From Synechococcales cyanobacterium VAR_4_metabat_354 (lineage in GTDB: Bacteria; Cyanobacteriota; Cyanobacteriia; Cyanobacteriales; Chamaesiphonaceae): DNA of 64,000 nucleotides. The notes under the pieces were generated by a model that ran no database searches, had not been told where the DNA came from, and saw nothing but the letters and a program-made list of their open reading frames with translations. Positions 1 to 9,223 of the stretch are shown piece after piece. The position numbers were made by a program, and so were the translations under genes. The first letter of the stretch is position 1, and every line of letters starts with the position of its first letter. The stretch spans positions 32,001 through 96,000 of the forward strand of contig JANOQI010000042.1 in assembly GCA_031414775.1 (NCBI GenBank). The letters run 5' to 3'.

Positions 1-1654
1 TGAACGGGGCATCTAAATAGGTCTTATTAGGGCTAATGCCACCAGCGATGGCCGTGGTATACAAAATTGGCTTAAAAGTCGATCCCGGTTGGCGATGGGC
101 TTGAGTGACTCGATTAAACTGATTTTTCTCCGAAAACTCTTTGCCACCGACCATCGCTCGAATCGCTCCACTGCGCGGATCGATCGATAGCATTGCCCCC
201 TGATTAAAAGAACGACTGTTGTTGCGCACTGTACTTTTAATTACGTCTTCGGCCGTTGTCTGCCATTGGGGATTGAGCGTAGTTTCAACAATTAAGCCAC
301 CAGCCTTCAAATCTTCCTTTTTCAGATATTTGCCAGTATCTAACTCTTGCTCAATATACTTAGTGAAATACCTAGCCTGCTGAAATCTTTGCTTGTGTTC
401 TTTGCGTTGCAAGGTCATCGGAGCTGCTTGGGCAGCTGTCATTTCGGCAGCGGTAATAAAACCAGCCTCCTTCATACGCGTTAACACTAAGTTTCTTCTA
501 TCTTTAGAAAATTTGGGGTTGACAAACGGTGAATACTTATTGGGAGAGGGCGGCATCGCTGCCAAAGTGGCCATTTGAGGCAATGTCAGCTGATTGACAT
601 TTTTGCCAAAATAGACCCAGGCTGCATCTGCTACTCCATAGGTGCCTTCTCCCAGGTAAACTAAGTTGAGATAACGCTCCAGGATTTGATCTTTACCTAG
701 CTCTTTTTCAATTTTTTGCGCTAATCTGACTTCCTTGATCTTGCGCAAAAAATTCTTATCTTGGTCGAGGTAGACCATCCGAGCAACCTGTTGGGTGATG
801 CTACTAGCTCCCTCTGTTAACCCACGGGTACTAATGTTCGAGACGATTGCGCGGGTTACTCCTTTATAATCCACCCCATCATGTTCGTAAAAGCGCCGAT
901 CTTCGATCGCAATAAAGGCTTTTTTTAGCTTGTCAGGAAACTGCCAAAGTTTAAGATTTTCGCTGGTATCCGAACCCAACTGAAGGAGATTAGTCCCATC
1001 CATTGCTTTGACGGTCAGCGTACCCGGTCTGGCAAAGTGCAACGGGCCTTTCATTGAATACTTGGCAACGCTTTGATCAACTACCAACCACAGCAAAGCT
1101 AGTGAACCCATCCCCAGTCCAGCGAGTAACGACACCCAAAATAGTGGCCGCTTTTGCAATGGACGATGGCCTTTAAAAGGCTTAGCGGCCACTTTGCCCG
1201 CCTGACCCGCCGTTGCTACTAGACCAGTGCCAGCGACAGCCGCCGCCGCCGAGGTTGCAGCAGCTATCTGGGCAAATTTTGTTTTTAGTGTTGTCGCAGT
1301 TGGTACTGGTGGGAGACTAACTTTTGCTTGATTTGGGGCACCCGGTGGGTGTTGGCTACCGATGTTCACTTCATCGCCCTGCTCAAAAGTTCCCCAGGGA
1401 TCTAGAGGAGTACTAGGCGGGTTTTGGCCACCGATGTTCACTTCATCGCCCTGCTCAAAAGTTCCCCAGGGATCTAGAGAACCACTAGGTGAGGGTGGCA
1501 CAAAGAGAGACGGCGTACCAGGGGGCTGTGAACTCTCTTCTGAGGGCAATGGCGGCGTGGACATTTGTTCTAAAGTATCTAAGTCAGAGATAATGTTCTT
1601 TTCTGATTCAGACAGTTTTGGGGATATGTTTTTAAACCTGTCGAATATATTCAA
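1..1654 (-). CDS. Class A penicillin-binding protein (PBP1A, transglycosylase/transpeptidase), 3' end outside window
   Basis: Translated by hand (absent from ORF track because there is no stop in the window): EDRRFYEHDGVD, GASSITQQVAR, RKIKE, YLNLVYLG (GT51 motifs) and RQPGSTFK (SxxK). Probable TTG start at 1654 with GAGGAG upstream. Long Pro-rich N-terminus precedes the TM helix. Confidence 0.92.
   Translation of the reverse strand, partial: MNIFDRFKNISPKLSESEKNIISDLDTLEQMSTPPLPSEESSQPPGTPSLFVPPSPSGSLDPWGTFEQGDEVNIGGQNPPSTPLDPWGTFEQGDEVNIGSQHPPGAPNQAKVSLPPVPTATTLKTKFAQIAAATSAAAAVAGTGLVATAGQAGKVAAKPFKGHRPLQKRPLFWVSLLAGLGMGSLALLWLVVDQSVAKYSMKGPLHFARPGTLTVKAMDGTNLLQLGSDTSENLKLWQFPDKLKKAFIAIEDRRFYEHDGVDYKGVTRAIVSNISTRGLTEGASSITQQVARMVYLDQDKNFLRKIKEVRLAQKIEKELGKDQILERYLNLVYLGEGTYGVADAAWVYFGKNVNQLTLPQMATLAAMPPSPNKYSPFVNPKFSKDRRNLVLTRMKEAGFITAAEMTAAQAAPMTLQRKEHKQRFQQARYFTKYIEQELDTGKYLKKEDLKAGGLIVETTLNPQWQTTAEDVIKSTVRNNSRSFNQGAMLSIDPRSGAIRAMVGGKEFSEKNQFNRVTQAHRQPGSTFKPILYTTAIAGGISPNKTYLDAPF
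1358..1479. repeat. Two identical 50-bp copies at 72-bp period inside the PBP1A N-terminus
   Basis: accgatgttcacttcatcgccctgctcaaaagttccccagggatctagag at 1358-1407 and 1430-1479; encodes LDPWGTFEQGDEVNIG twice. Confidence 0.95.
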
Positions 1655-1862
1655 GACACTAATCTCCTCTGTATCGACTCAAACCAATATTGGTGCAATT
1701 GTACATCTAACCCGATCCTCTTATCCAGTCCCAAAAATTCTCTGAACTCCTTTGCTCCATAACTGTATTAATATTTAACTATCACTTAAGTCTATAGTGA
1801 TTAATGGGGTCTCGACTACATACCCTTTTTTATAGATCATCTCTCAATTTTGCCAAGATGCT

Positions 1863-3149
1863 ATGAATGAAGATTCTACCGATGTCACTTCTGATCAACT
1901 AGGGCAACTTAAACATCTAAGCGAAGTTAAGTTTACTGGGATGCTGACCATTCAAGCCTCGATTACCCAGTGGTCAATATTGTTTGATCAAGGCAAAATT
2001 GTGTGGGCGATCGACAATATTTCCCCCCATCGGTTTTGGCAACGGCAACTGCTCCGGCATTTACCCCACATCAGCCTCGATCAGTTAGCAAAAGTGCCCC
2101 AGAGTCTAAAGCCGGAAATCCAACCAGAAGTGAGTTGGCCTTATCTGGCGCTGGTACAACTGCATGTCGATGGTCAAATCGATAGTCAAAAATTGGGATC
2201 GCTGTTAGCTGATGGTGCCCAAGACGTCTTTTTCGATATTTTGCAAATTAGCCATACCGAAAAACTTACCTATCATCACAATAGCTGCCGCTGGTCTCAA
2301 GTACCACCAATCGTCATGACCTTGGATAAGTTGATAGTCACGCCTCTGCAAGAATGGCAAGAGTGGCAAAAATGGCAACTAACTGATATTTTTCCAGACC
2401 ATATTCCAATAATTGATTACCCGACTGATCTTCACCGACAAACCAGTACTGCTATTTACGATAGCCTGCAAAGAATTTTTGCACCTCCACCAGCGGCTCA
2501 GGGTATTGATGACCATTACTCCCTCCGCGAAATTGCTATTCGACAACAGCAAGATCTATTGCTGCTTGCCAGATCCTTGCGACCTCATCTCCAGCAAAAA
2601 ACAATTAGCTTGCACCCTCTGTTCCAGGATTTGCCTCAGCCTGTTCTTGCCGTACAAAAGCCTCTGGTGGCGGTAGAAGAATCCTTGGTTGAGAAAGAAG
2701 AAGTCACAATAGTAGGATCGATCGGATCTCCACCCGCTTTTCCAGCACCTGTTATTTTGCAGGGCGTAGTTGCCTATATTGATGACAATGCTCAAGCCAA
2801 TCAACATATGGCCGACATGATCACGGGCATTGGCTATCAATTTCTGGGAATTAAAGATCCCAGCGAGGCTATAGATATAATGCATCAGCAACAACCCAAT
2901 TTAATTATTATGGAAGCTGCCATGCCACTCACCAGCGGGCGGCAAATTTGTCAGCAAATCCGGCGGTCTGGCAACTTAGCAAAAGTACCAGTAATCCTGA
3001 TTGTCGATCAAGAAAATTTAGCCGAACGGATACTAGCTAAGTTAGCTGGAGCCGCCAGTACTATTACTCATCCTTTGGACTGCGATAAGGTAAGAAAGCT
3101 AATTCAGCGCTACCTAGATAATTCGCTAAGCATCAAACAGGTTAGCTAA
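1863..3149 (+). CDS. PatA-family response regulator (PATAN domain + degenerate C-terminal receiver)
   Basis: N-terminal FTGMLTI..QWSILFDQGKIVWA..HRFWQRQL (PATAN); C-terminal VAYIDD..PNLIIMEAAMP..G..IC..IR..PVI..AKLAGA receiver fold. Confidence 0.88.
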   Translation: MNEDSTDVTSDQLGQLKHLSEVKFTGMLTIQASITQWSILFDQGKIVWAIDNISPHRFWQRQLLRHLPHISLDQLAKVPQSLKPEIQPEVSWPYLALVQLHVDGQIDSQKLGSLLADGAQDVFFDILQISHTEKLTYHHNSCRWSQVPPIVMTLDKLIVTPLQEWQEWQKWQLTDIFPDHIPIIDYPTDLHRQTSTAIYDSLQRIFAPPPAAQGIDDHYSLREIAIRQQQDLLLLARSLRPHLQQKTISLHPLFQDLPQPVLAVQKPLVAVEESLVEKEEVTIVGSIGSPPAFPAPVILQGVVAYIDDNAQANQHMADMITGIGYQFLGIKDPSEAIDIMHQQQPNLIIMEAAMPLTSGRQICQQIRRSGNLAKVPVILIVDQENLAERILAKLAGAASTITHPLDCDKVRKLIQRYLDNSLSIKQVS

Positions 3150-3251
3150 TTAGTTTGTTTTTTAGTTAAGATGAATGTGGGGCAGATGCTAGCTGGAGAT
3201 CTTCAGACAGATTGTTATCTAACCTAAATAAATGTTTTAGGGATTGTGTAT

Positions 3252-3446
3252 ATGCTTTCTTTGCTTCCTTGGTTATTGCTAGTAGTGTATGGGGGCGTTG
3301 CCTGGAAATTTTGGCAGGGTTTTAACCGCACGCAATTTACCCGTAGTTTGGGAAGCCGTCTCAAATTTTCGCTTTTATGGCCAGTCTTTTTGGCGATTAG
3401 CGGCAGCTATCGGCAAAACTTTCGGCGCGCTCTGAAAGGAAATTAA
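3252..3446 (+). CDS. Small membrane protein, conserved-type cyanobacterial hypothetical
   Basis: Two hydrophobic segments; YGGVAWKFWQGFNRTQF..LLWP..SYRQNFRRALKG pattern. ATG at 3252 preferred over GTG at 3246. Confidence 0.75.
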   Translation: MLSLLPWLLLVVYGGVAWKFWQGFNRTQFTRSLGSRLKFSLLWPVFLAISGSYRQNFRRALKGN

Positions 3447-3448
3447 AC

Positions 3449-3877
3449 TTAGTTTTCCCGGCGTTTCAGACGCTTCCGTACTGGTCGTGGTGTTTCGTCA
3501 ACGACCACTTTACGCCGTTTCATAGTTGAAGATAGTGGATTTGATGAATTCTTGACTTTGGCAGCTCTTAAGCCAGGAGTGGGAACTTCCACCAACGGGA
3601 AGGTGGGAGTGTTTTGCACAGGCGTGGGTGAGCTAGTAGCTGCAGGCGTAGTCCCCGGAAATATTGGCAGAGATACACCAGGCAAAAAGGGCGATGGGCT
3701 GGGTTTTTTGATCGAGCTGGGACTTGTGGGTCTGGCTTTTTCAGTGTTGGATTGCTTAGCAAGCAACTGGGTGGTGTTGTTCGGGGCTGCTATACAACCG
3801 CTTCCCCATCCACATAACAAAAACACGATTACGCTCAGAATTGGCGAGTTTCTCATAGATAAAAGTTGAATTGGCAC
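3449..3877 (-). CDS. Hypothetical exported or lipoprotein-like protein, Pro/Ser/Thr-rich with basic tail
   Basis: Hydrophobic N-region ending GWGSGC, then low-complexity sequence. True start may be the internal ATG (MRNSPIL). Confidence 0.5.
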   Translation of the reverse strand: MPIQLLSMRNSPILSVIVFLLCGWGSGCIAAPNNTTQLLAKQSNTEKARPTSPSSIKKPSPSPFLPGVSLPIFPGTTPAATSSPTPVQNTPTFPLVEVPTPGLRAAKVKNSSNPLSSTMKRRKVVVDETPRPVRKRLKRREN

Positions 3878-4031
3878 AAACGCTGACTCACTATGTTATC
3901 ACTAGCACTGAGGTGATTTATTCTTCAGCGAATTTTTTTAATGTTTGGTGATAGCTAGAAGAGAGGGGAGTCCTATTTCTAGAAATATCGGCTTACAATT
4001 AAGAAGATAGTCTTACGGTTGTCTAAAACCT

Positions 4032-5204
4032 ATGTCTAATTCTGATAAACCAAAAATTTTGGTGCGGCCTCTTCAGTACCGAGATCTGGAAAGCCTTAAC
4101 TTGTTTGAGGATGGAGCTTGGGATGAACACCCGCAGCTGAAGCAAGCATTGCACCAAATAGATCGGTGGTATGGGGCGATCGAATTAGTCCGCAGTATTC
4201 CCCATCCTTATCACTACCGGCATGGCTTTTTGGTGGCTGAAGTGGATCGACAGATTCAAGGAATTATGCAGGTTGCTCCCTTCAACTGCACTCGGAGTAC
4301 TTGGCAAGTTAAACATGTTTGGGTGAATAGACAGATTAAGGTCGCAGAGAACTTAGAGGATACGACCGTTTTGACGGCGATGGATTGTGGGTCCCAGCTG
4401 CTGCGGTACTGCTTTGAAAAAATTGTGGAAGCCAGTAATTGGTTGCTGGAAGTAGATGTTAATGATAAAGCGGCGCTGGGACTATATCGGCATAATGGTT
4501 TCCAGCCCCTGGCTCAGCTGACCTATTGGGAAGTTGCGCCGGAGATTTTGCAAGAACTGAGTGTGAATGTCCCCGATTTGCCCAACCTGTTGCCAGTCCG
4601 CAATAATGATGCCCAATTGTTGTATCAATTGGATACGGTGGCGATGCCGCCCTTGCTACGGCAGGTGTTCGATCGACAGATCCACGATTTTAAAATTGAT
4701 GTCATCCAAAAAGTCGTCACAGGTGTGCGTACTTACTTTAATCACTGTCGTGAAGCCCGCCAGTATGTTTTTGAGAGTCAGCGCAAGGCCGCGATCGGTT
4801 ACTATCATCTGAATTTGAGCTTAGAGGCCGCAGTGCATACGGCTGAACTTACCGTCCATCCAGCCTATACTTGGCTATATCCAGAGTTGATGGCACAAAT
4901 GGCTCAGGTTTGCCAAGCCAGCAGTCCACAGCGAGCATTGCAACTAGTCTCTGCCGACTATCAACCGGAGCGGGAAGAATACTTGCAACGGATTGGCGCG
5001 CAACGGACAAAGCACAGTTTGTTAATGTCCCGGTCAGTCTGGCACAAAGTGCGTGAAGCCAAACATATATCATTAGAAGGACTCCAGCTTTCCGATGTGC
5101 TGTCTGGATTACAGCCGGTGCGTAATCCGATTCCCAGTCGCTGGGAGAGTTCGACCGGGAAGGACAAATTTGTTCTTCCCTGCGATGGTGGTGCCGAAGA
5201 TTAA
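4032..5204 (+). CDS. GNAT-family N-acetyltransferase (two GNAT-like domains)
   Basis: VRPLQYRDL, GSQLLRYCFE, LEVDVND..ALGLYRHNGFQPLA motifs. Confidence 0.85.
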   Translation: MSNSDKPKILVRPLQYRDLESLNLFEDGAWDEHPQLKQALHQIDRWYGAIELVRSIPHPYHYRHGFLVAEVDRQIQGIMQVAPFNCTRSTWQVKHVWVNRQIKVAENLEDTTVLTAMDCGSQLLRYCFEKIVEASNWLLEVDVNDKAALGLYRHNGFQPLAQLTYWEVAPEILQELSVNVPDLPNLLPVRNNDAQLLYQLDTVAMPPLLRQVFDRQIHDFKIDVIQKVVTGVRTYFNHCREARQYVFESQRKAAIGYYHLNLSLEAAVHTAELTVHPAYTWLYPELMAQMAQVCQASSPQRALQLVSADYQPEREEYLQRIGAQRTKHSLLMSRSVWHKVREAKHISLEGLQLSDVLSGLQPVRNPIPSRWESSTGKDKFVLPCDGGAED

Positions 5205-6409
5205 GGATTTTCCTCTTCACCTCTGAGACTAAAGGCCGTTGGTCGTACCACCACCCCCACTTCTTTCTGATTGCGGCGAACTTGTAGCGGTAGTTCTGAA
5301 CCGACTCGCGCTGTTTCCACGGCGCTTTGTACGTCACCGGCACTAATCACTTTTTGATTATTGACGGAGATGATAATATCACCAGCTTTAATGCCTGCTT
5401 GGGCTGCGGGTGAATTTTTGATTACTCTCGCGATCAATACGCCCTGATTGATATCGATCGATAGCTCGGCGTTCGACTCGGCATTGATCTGCTTGCGCAG
5501 TTGTTCCGTGAGCGTGACCATTTGCACACCCAAGAAAGGATGCTCTACTTTACCCTGGGTGGCTAACTGGTTAGCAATCCGCTGCACCTGATTAATCGGA
5601 ATCGCAAATCCCAAACCTTGGGCATTTTTGAGAATGGCGGTGTTCATGCCAATGACTTGGCCACCCGCATTTAAGAGTGGTCCACCAGAGTTACCAGGAT
5701 TAATCGCCGCGTCGGTTTGAATATAATTGACCCGTTTTTGGGGATCCCCCACCTGGCTACTGGAACGACCAGTGGCACTGACGATGCCAGCTGTCACCGT
5801 ATTGTCTAAGCCCAAGGGATTACCGATCGCAATCGCCCATTCCCCTGGCTTAATCTGTTCCGAGTTCCCCAATTTGACCGTGGGTAAATTCTTGCTATTA
5901 ACTTTGACAACTGCTACATCAGTAATGGTGTCAATGCCCATCACCTTGCCTTCTAATATCCGGTTATCTTTGAGGGTCACACTCACTTTATCGGCACCCT
6001 TTACCACATGGGCATTAGTAATAATTAGCCCATCAGCATTAATGATGAACCCTGAGCCAGTGCCCTGTTGAACTTCTCGATCGCCTCCTTCTGGGTTCTC
6101 CCCCAAAAAGCGCTGAAAGTCTCGGAATTCATCTGGAATGCGGCTCAATTTAGCAGTTCTGGACGTATTGATGCGCACCACTGCTGGCCCTACTTTATCC
6201 ACAACGGCGGTAATAAAATTACTATTGGCCGAGGAATTACCCACTGGTGGAGCCGCGCTGGCATTGAGCATGGGCGCGTCTTGCTTAGCTGCCAAGTAAC
6301 CGATCGAAGAACTGGCTAAGGCACTTAGTAATAGCAGCGACCAGTAGTTACGCCGCTTGAGTGGGGTTGCTGACACATCAGCATCTAATTTATTTTGGGG
6401 CTTTAGCAT
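5201..6409 (-). CDS. HtrA/DegP-family serine protease (HhoA/HhoB type) with one PDZ domain
   Basis: TNAHVV, DVAVVK, QTDAAINPGNSGGPL catalytic triad; PDZ SPAAQAGIKAGDII. ATG at 6409 preferred over the ORF-track start at 6475. Confidence 0.95.
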   Translation of the reverse strand: MLKPQNKLDADVSATPLKRRNYWSLLLLSALASSSIGYLAAKQDAPMLNASAAPPVGNSSANSNFITAVVDKVGPAVVRINTSRTAKLSRIPDEFRDFQRFLGENPEGGDREVQQGTGSGFIINADGLIITNAHVVKGADKVSVTLKDNRILEGKVMGIDTITDVAVVKVNSKNLPTVKLGNSEQIKPGEWAIAIGNPLGLDNTVTAGIVSATGRSSSQVGDPQKRVNYIQTDAAINPGNSGGPLLNAGGQVIGMNTAILKNAQGLGFAIPINQVQRIANQLATQGKVEHPFLGVQMVTLTEQLRKQINAESNAELSIDINQGVLIARVIKNSPAAQAGIKAGDIIISVNNQKVISAGDVQSAVETARVGSELPLQVRRNQKEVGVVVRPTAFSLRGEEENP

Positions 6410-6581
6410 AAACGTTGTCCTCAAGACCGGCAATAACAATAATGTGCTCAACAATGTTTGAAAATTGCGCAGCACCCAGTAATAGATGCTTACGCGACAA
6501 TCACTAAATCTATTCTCGATAAGTTCCTTTGACGGTCAGACCTGATTTTTTGTTGCTGACCACCGCTAAACTACCGCTGTT

Positions 6582-6590
6582 TGTTATAAT
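6582..6590 (+). promoter_or_regulatory. Extended -10 promoter element for tRNA-Ser
   Basis: TGtTATAAT ending 12 nt before the tRNA 5' end. Confidence 0.6.
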
Positions 6591-6602
6591 CAACATCGAA
6601 CT

Positions 6603-6689
6603 GGAGAAGTGGCAGAGCGGTTGAATGCGGCTGACTCGAAATCAGCTTTAGGGTCACACCTAACGGAGGTTCGAATCCTCTCTTCTCCG
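6603..6689 (+). tRNA. trnS: tRNA-Ser(CGA)
   Basis: Acceptor stem GGAGAAG/CTTCTCC with discriminator G; anticodon arm GCTGA-CT-CGA-AA-TCAGC; long variable arm; GGTTCGAATCC T-arm; CCA not encoded. Confidence 0.96.
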
Positions 6690-6692
6690 TAC

Positions 6693-6869
6693 CTATTTGG
6701 TAATACCCCGAATCACGTAACCAGCGACCAGACCGATTGTCGCTGCACCAGCTTGCCCAGACTTCATGAAATTCTCAAAAGCCTGTTGGATATTGGCCAA
6801 TATGTCGGTTTTCAGATATTCGGGAGCTACTTGCATCAACATCGAGTTTAAGTAAACATTGAGCCACAT
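6693..6869 (-). CDS. 58-aa small membrane protein (not in ORF track)
   Basis: MWLNVYLNSMLMQVAPEYLKTDILANIQQAFENFMKSGQAGAATIGLVAGYVIRGITK. The D.L..I..A..NF..SGQ..A..IG...GY..R pattern resembles a small cyanobacterial protein family. Confidence 0.75.
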   Translation of the reverse strand: MWLNVYLNSMLMQVAPEYLKTDILANIQQAFENFMKSGQAGAATIGLVAGYVIRGITK

Positions 6870-6949
6870 ATATAGTTACCTCATTATATAAAGCTAGCTT
6901 CCTTATAGTTCCCCAAACTAACTGTAGTTCAACTATCAATTAACAATTA

Positions 6950-7867
6950 ATGATGAATTGGGAAAAAGACAACTGGTTCAGGATCGCCCTGAAAGCCAAA
7001 GGATCGGTGATTCCATCGATCGCTGGGCGAGTTTTGGGTTGCGCTCTATTTGGAGTCTTGGTCTCGATCCTGTTTTATTACCGGCTGCCGGTCTATCACA
7101 AATCTTTAGCTAACACCATTCCCGCTGTCGTATTAGGCTTGTTGCTAGTTTTTAGGACTAACACCGCCTATGACCGCTTTTGGGAAGGTCGGAAGGCTTG
7201 GGGTGCCATTAATAACAATGTGCGGAACCTAGCTCGTTCCCTGTGGTTGGCCGTAGAAGAAAAACATCCCCATGACTACCCGCGCAAAGTTGCGGTGTTG
7301 CGGTTGTTACCAGCCTTTGCGATCGCCACTAAATTACATTTGCGTTCCCAAGACCTGAATTCAGAATTAGCCGCTGAGTTATCGTCAGAGCAGTTTGCTC
7401 AGCTGGAGAAAGTCCAACATCCGGCGCTTCAAATCGCCTTTTGGTTGAGTGATTACCTGCAATCAGAACAACGACGGGGACATCTGAATATCTTTCAAAT
7501 GAACGAGCTGCAAAAATCAATCAATAATTTGGTGGATATGCTGGGTACTTGTGAACGGATTTTGCGCACTCCGATGCCGCTGGCTTATTCTATTCATTTG
7601 AAGCAGCTCTTACTCATTTATTGTCTGTTGATGCCTTTTCAATTTGTGGGGGAGTTGGGTTGGTGGACAGGCTTTATTGTGGGGTTAGTCAGCTTTACGC
7701 TGTTGGGCATTGAAGCAATCGGCGTAGAAATTGAAAATCCTTTTGGCAACGACCCTAACGATCTGCCCCTCGACAATATTTGTATCAATATCCAGCAGAT
7801 GGTCGAAGATGTAGTTAGCTATGCTGGTCATCCCAGTGCTATTGAGCTGGATTTAGATGTGAATTAG
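6950..7867 (+). CDS. Bestrophin-family anion channel (YneE/RFP-TM)
   Basis: LLLVFRTNTAYDRFWEGRKAWG, CERILRTPMPLAY, EIENPFGNDPNDLPLD. Confidence 0.93.
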   Translation: MMNWEKDNWFRIALKAKGSVIPSIAGRVLGCALFGVLVSILFYYRLPVYHKSLANTIPAVVLGLLLVFRTNTAYDRFWEGRKAWGAINNNVRNLARSLWLAVEEKHPHDYPRKVAVLRLLPAFAIATKLHLRSQDLNSELAAELSSEQFAQLEKVQHPALQIAFWLSDYLQSEQRRGHLNIFQMNELQKSINNLVDMLGTCERILRTPMPLAYSIHLKQLLLIYCLLMPFQFVGELGWWTGFIVGLVSFTLLGIEAIGVEIENPFGNDPNDLPLDNICINIQQMVEDVVSYAGHPSAIELDLDVN

Positions 7868-7972
7868 CAGTAAATTCAATCAGTCCCATTAAAAAATTGA
7901 ATATATGTCTGGGTCTAAGCATATGGTAGGTTTATCTTGGGATCAGAATTTTGAGGACTGGAGAACAACCCT

Positions 7973-8614
7973 TTGGGAATAGAATTGCGTAGTTTTGTCT
8001 TTTTAGACAATCTGCAACCACAGCACGCCGCATATATGGGAACTGTTGCCCAAGGATTTTTGCCTTTGCCTGGGGATAGCTCACTCTGGATTGAGATTTC
8101 ACCAGGGATTGAGATCAATAAAATTACCGATATTGCACTCAAATCTGCTTCGGTCAAGCCCGGAGTCCAGATTGTGGAGCGGTTGTATGGATTGCTAGAA
8201 ATTCACTCCAGCTCTCAGGGCGAAACTAAGGCCGCCGGGCGGGCAATTTTGGATTATTTAGGCGTTAAAAAAAACGAAGGAATTAAGCCTCGGGTGGTTT
8301 CCAGTCAGATTATCCGGAATATTGATGCCTATCAAACCCAATTGATTAATCGGATGCGGCGTGGTCATATGCTATTGGCTGGGCAAACGCTCTATGTTTT
8401 AGAGGTAGAGCCAGCTGCTTACGCCGCGTTAGCTGCCAACGAAGCTGAAAAATCAGCGTCCATTAATATCCTAGAAGTGCAGGCGGTGGGAAGTTTTGGT
8501 CGCTTATATTTAGGTGGCTATGAACGAGATATTTTGGCGGGAGCCGCTGGGGCTTTAGCGGCGATCGAAGGGGTAGCTGGCCGGGACAAATCTCGGCATC
8601 AGCGCTTGGAGTAA
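7973..8614 (+). CDS. ccmP: Carboxysome tandem-BMC shell protein CcmP
   Basis: [83 protein letters not shown]; 213 aa; TTG start. Confidence 0.92.
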   Translation: MGIELRSFVFLDNLQPQHAAYMGTVAQGFLPLPGDSSLWIEISPGIEINKITDIALKSASVKPGVQIVERLYGLLEIHSSSQGETKAAGRAILDYLGVKKNEGIKPRVVSSQIIRNIDAYQTQLINRMRRGHMLLAGQTLYVLEVEPAAYAALAANEAEKSASINILEVQAVGSFGRLYLGGYERDILAGAAGALAAIEGVAGRDKSRHQRLE

Positions 8615-8619
8615 AGTAA

Positions 8620-9222
8620 ATGATTGATGCTGCGGCTTTTGCGGGTAAAGATTTACGCGATCGAGATTTCGCCTTGGCCGATTTGTCAGGAGTGGTGTTC
8701 GATCGATCGGATTTAAGCGGCGTTAATTTAGTGGGAGCCAATCTGCGCGGAGCCAGTTTCCAGGGCGCTGCGCTCACTGGTGCCAATTTGGTGGGAGCAG
8801 ATCTGAACGGGGCTAATTTGCACCAGGCCGATCTAGGGGACGCTCATCTGCACCGGGCTAATCTCTGTTTTGCAAACCTGCGAGCTACTAATTTAATTGG
8901 AGCGGACTTGAATATGGCCAAGCTGTTTGAAGCTGAAGCCCAAGGAGCCTATTGCTACTGTGCCGATTTGAGCTACGCTGACCTGACCCAAGCGCATTTA
9001 GCTGGAGCTTATTTGGTTCGATCGAACCTTAGTTATGCCAATCTCCAAAATGCTGATTTACGCTGGTCTAATCTGCATAATGCCAACTTAGCTGCCGCCA
9101 ATGTGCGGCAGACGCAGTTTAACTATGCCCAGTACCTTCAGCAGTCTCAGCTGGCAGCGGCACAATATTGGCAAGAGGCCAGCTACGATTTATTTAATAT
9201 GGGCGCAAGCAGTTCAGCTTAA
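8620..9222 (+). CDS. Pentapeptide-repeat protein
   Basis: Continuous A(D/N)Lxx repeats; starts 5 nt after ccmP. Confidence 0.93.
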   Translation: MIDAAAFAGKDLRDRDFALADLSGVVFDRSDLSGVNLVGANLRGASFQGAALTGANLVGADLNGANLHQADLGDAHLHRANLCFANLRATNLIGADLNMAKLFEAEAQGAYCYCADLSYADLTQAHLAGAYLVRSNLSYANLQNADLRWSNLHNANLAAANVRQTQFNYAQYLQQSQLAAAQYWQEASYDLFNMGASSSA

Positions 9223-9223
9223 T

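Noticed and set aside
1362..1745. + strand ORF with a repeated peptide
   Set aside because: Antisense to the PBP1A N-terminus, which explains the repeat.
6603..6689. tRNA genes as island attachment sites
   Set aside because: No duplicated tRNA 3' end or integrase seen for either tRNA.
6609..6851. 80-aa ORF MAERLNAADSKS
   Set aside because: Translation of tRNA-Ser and antisense to the 58-aa gene.
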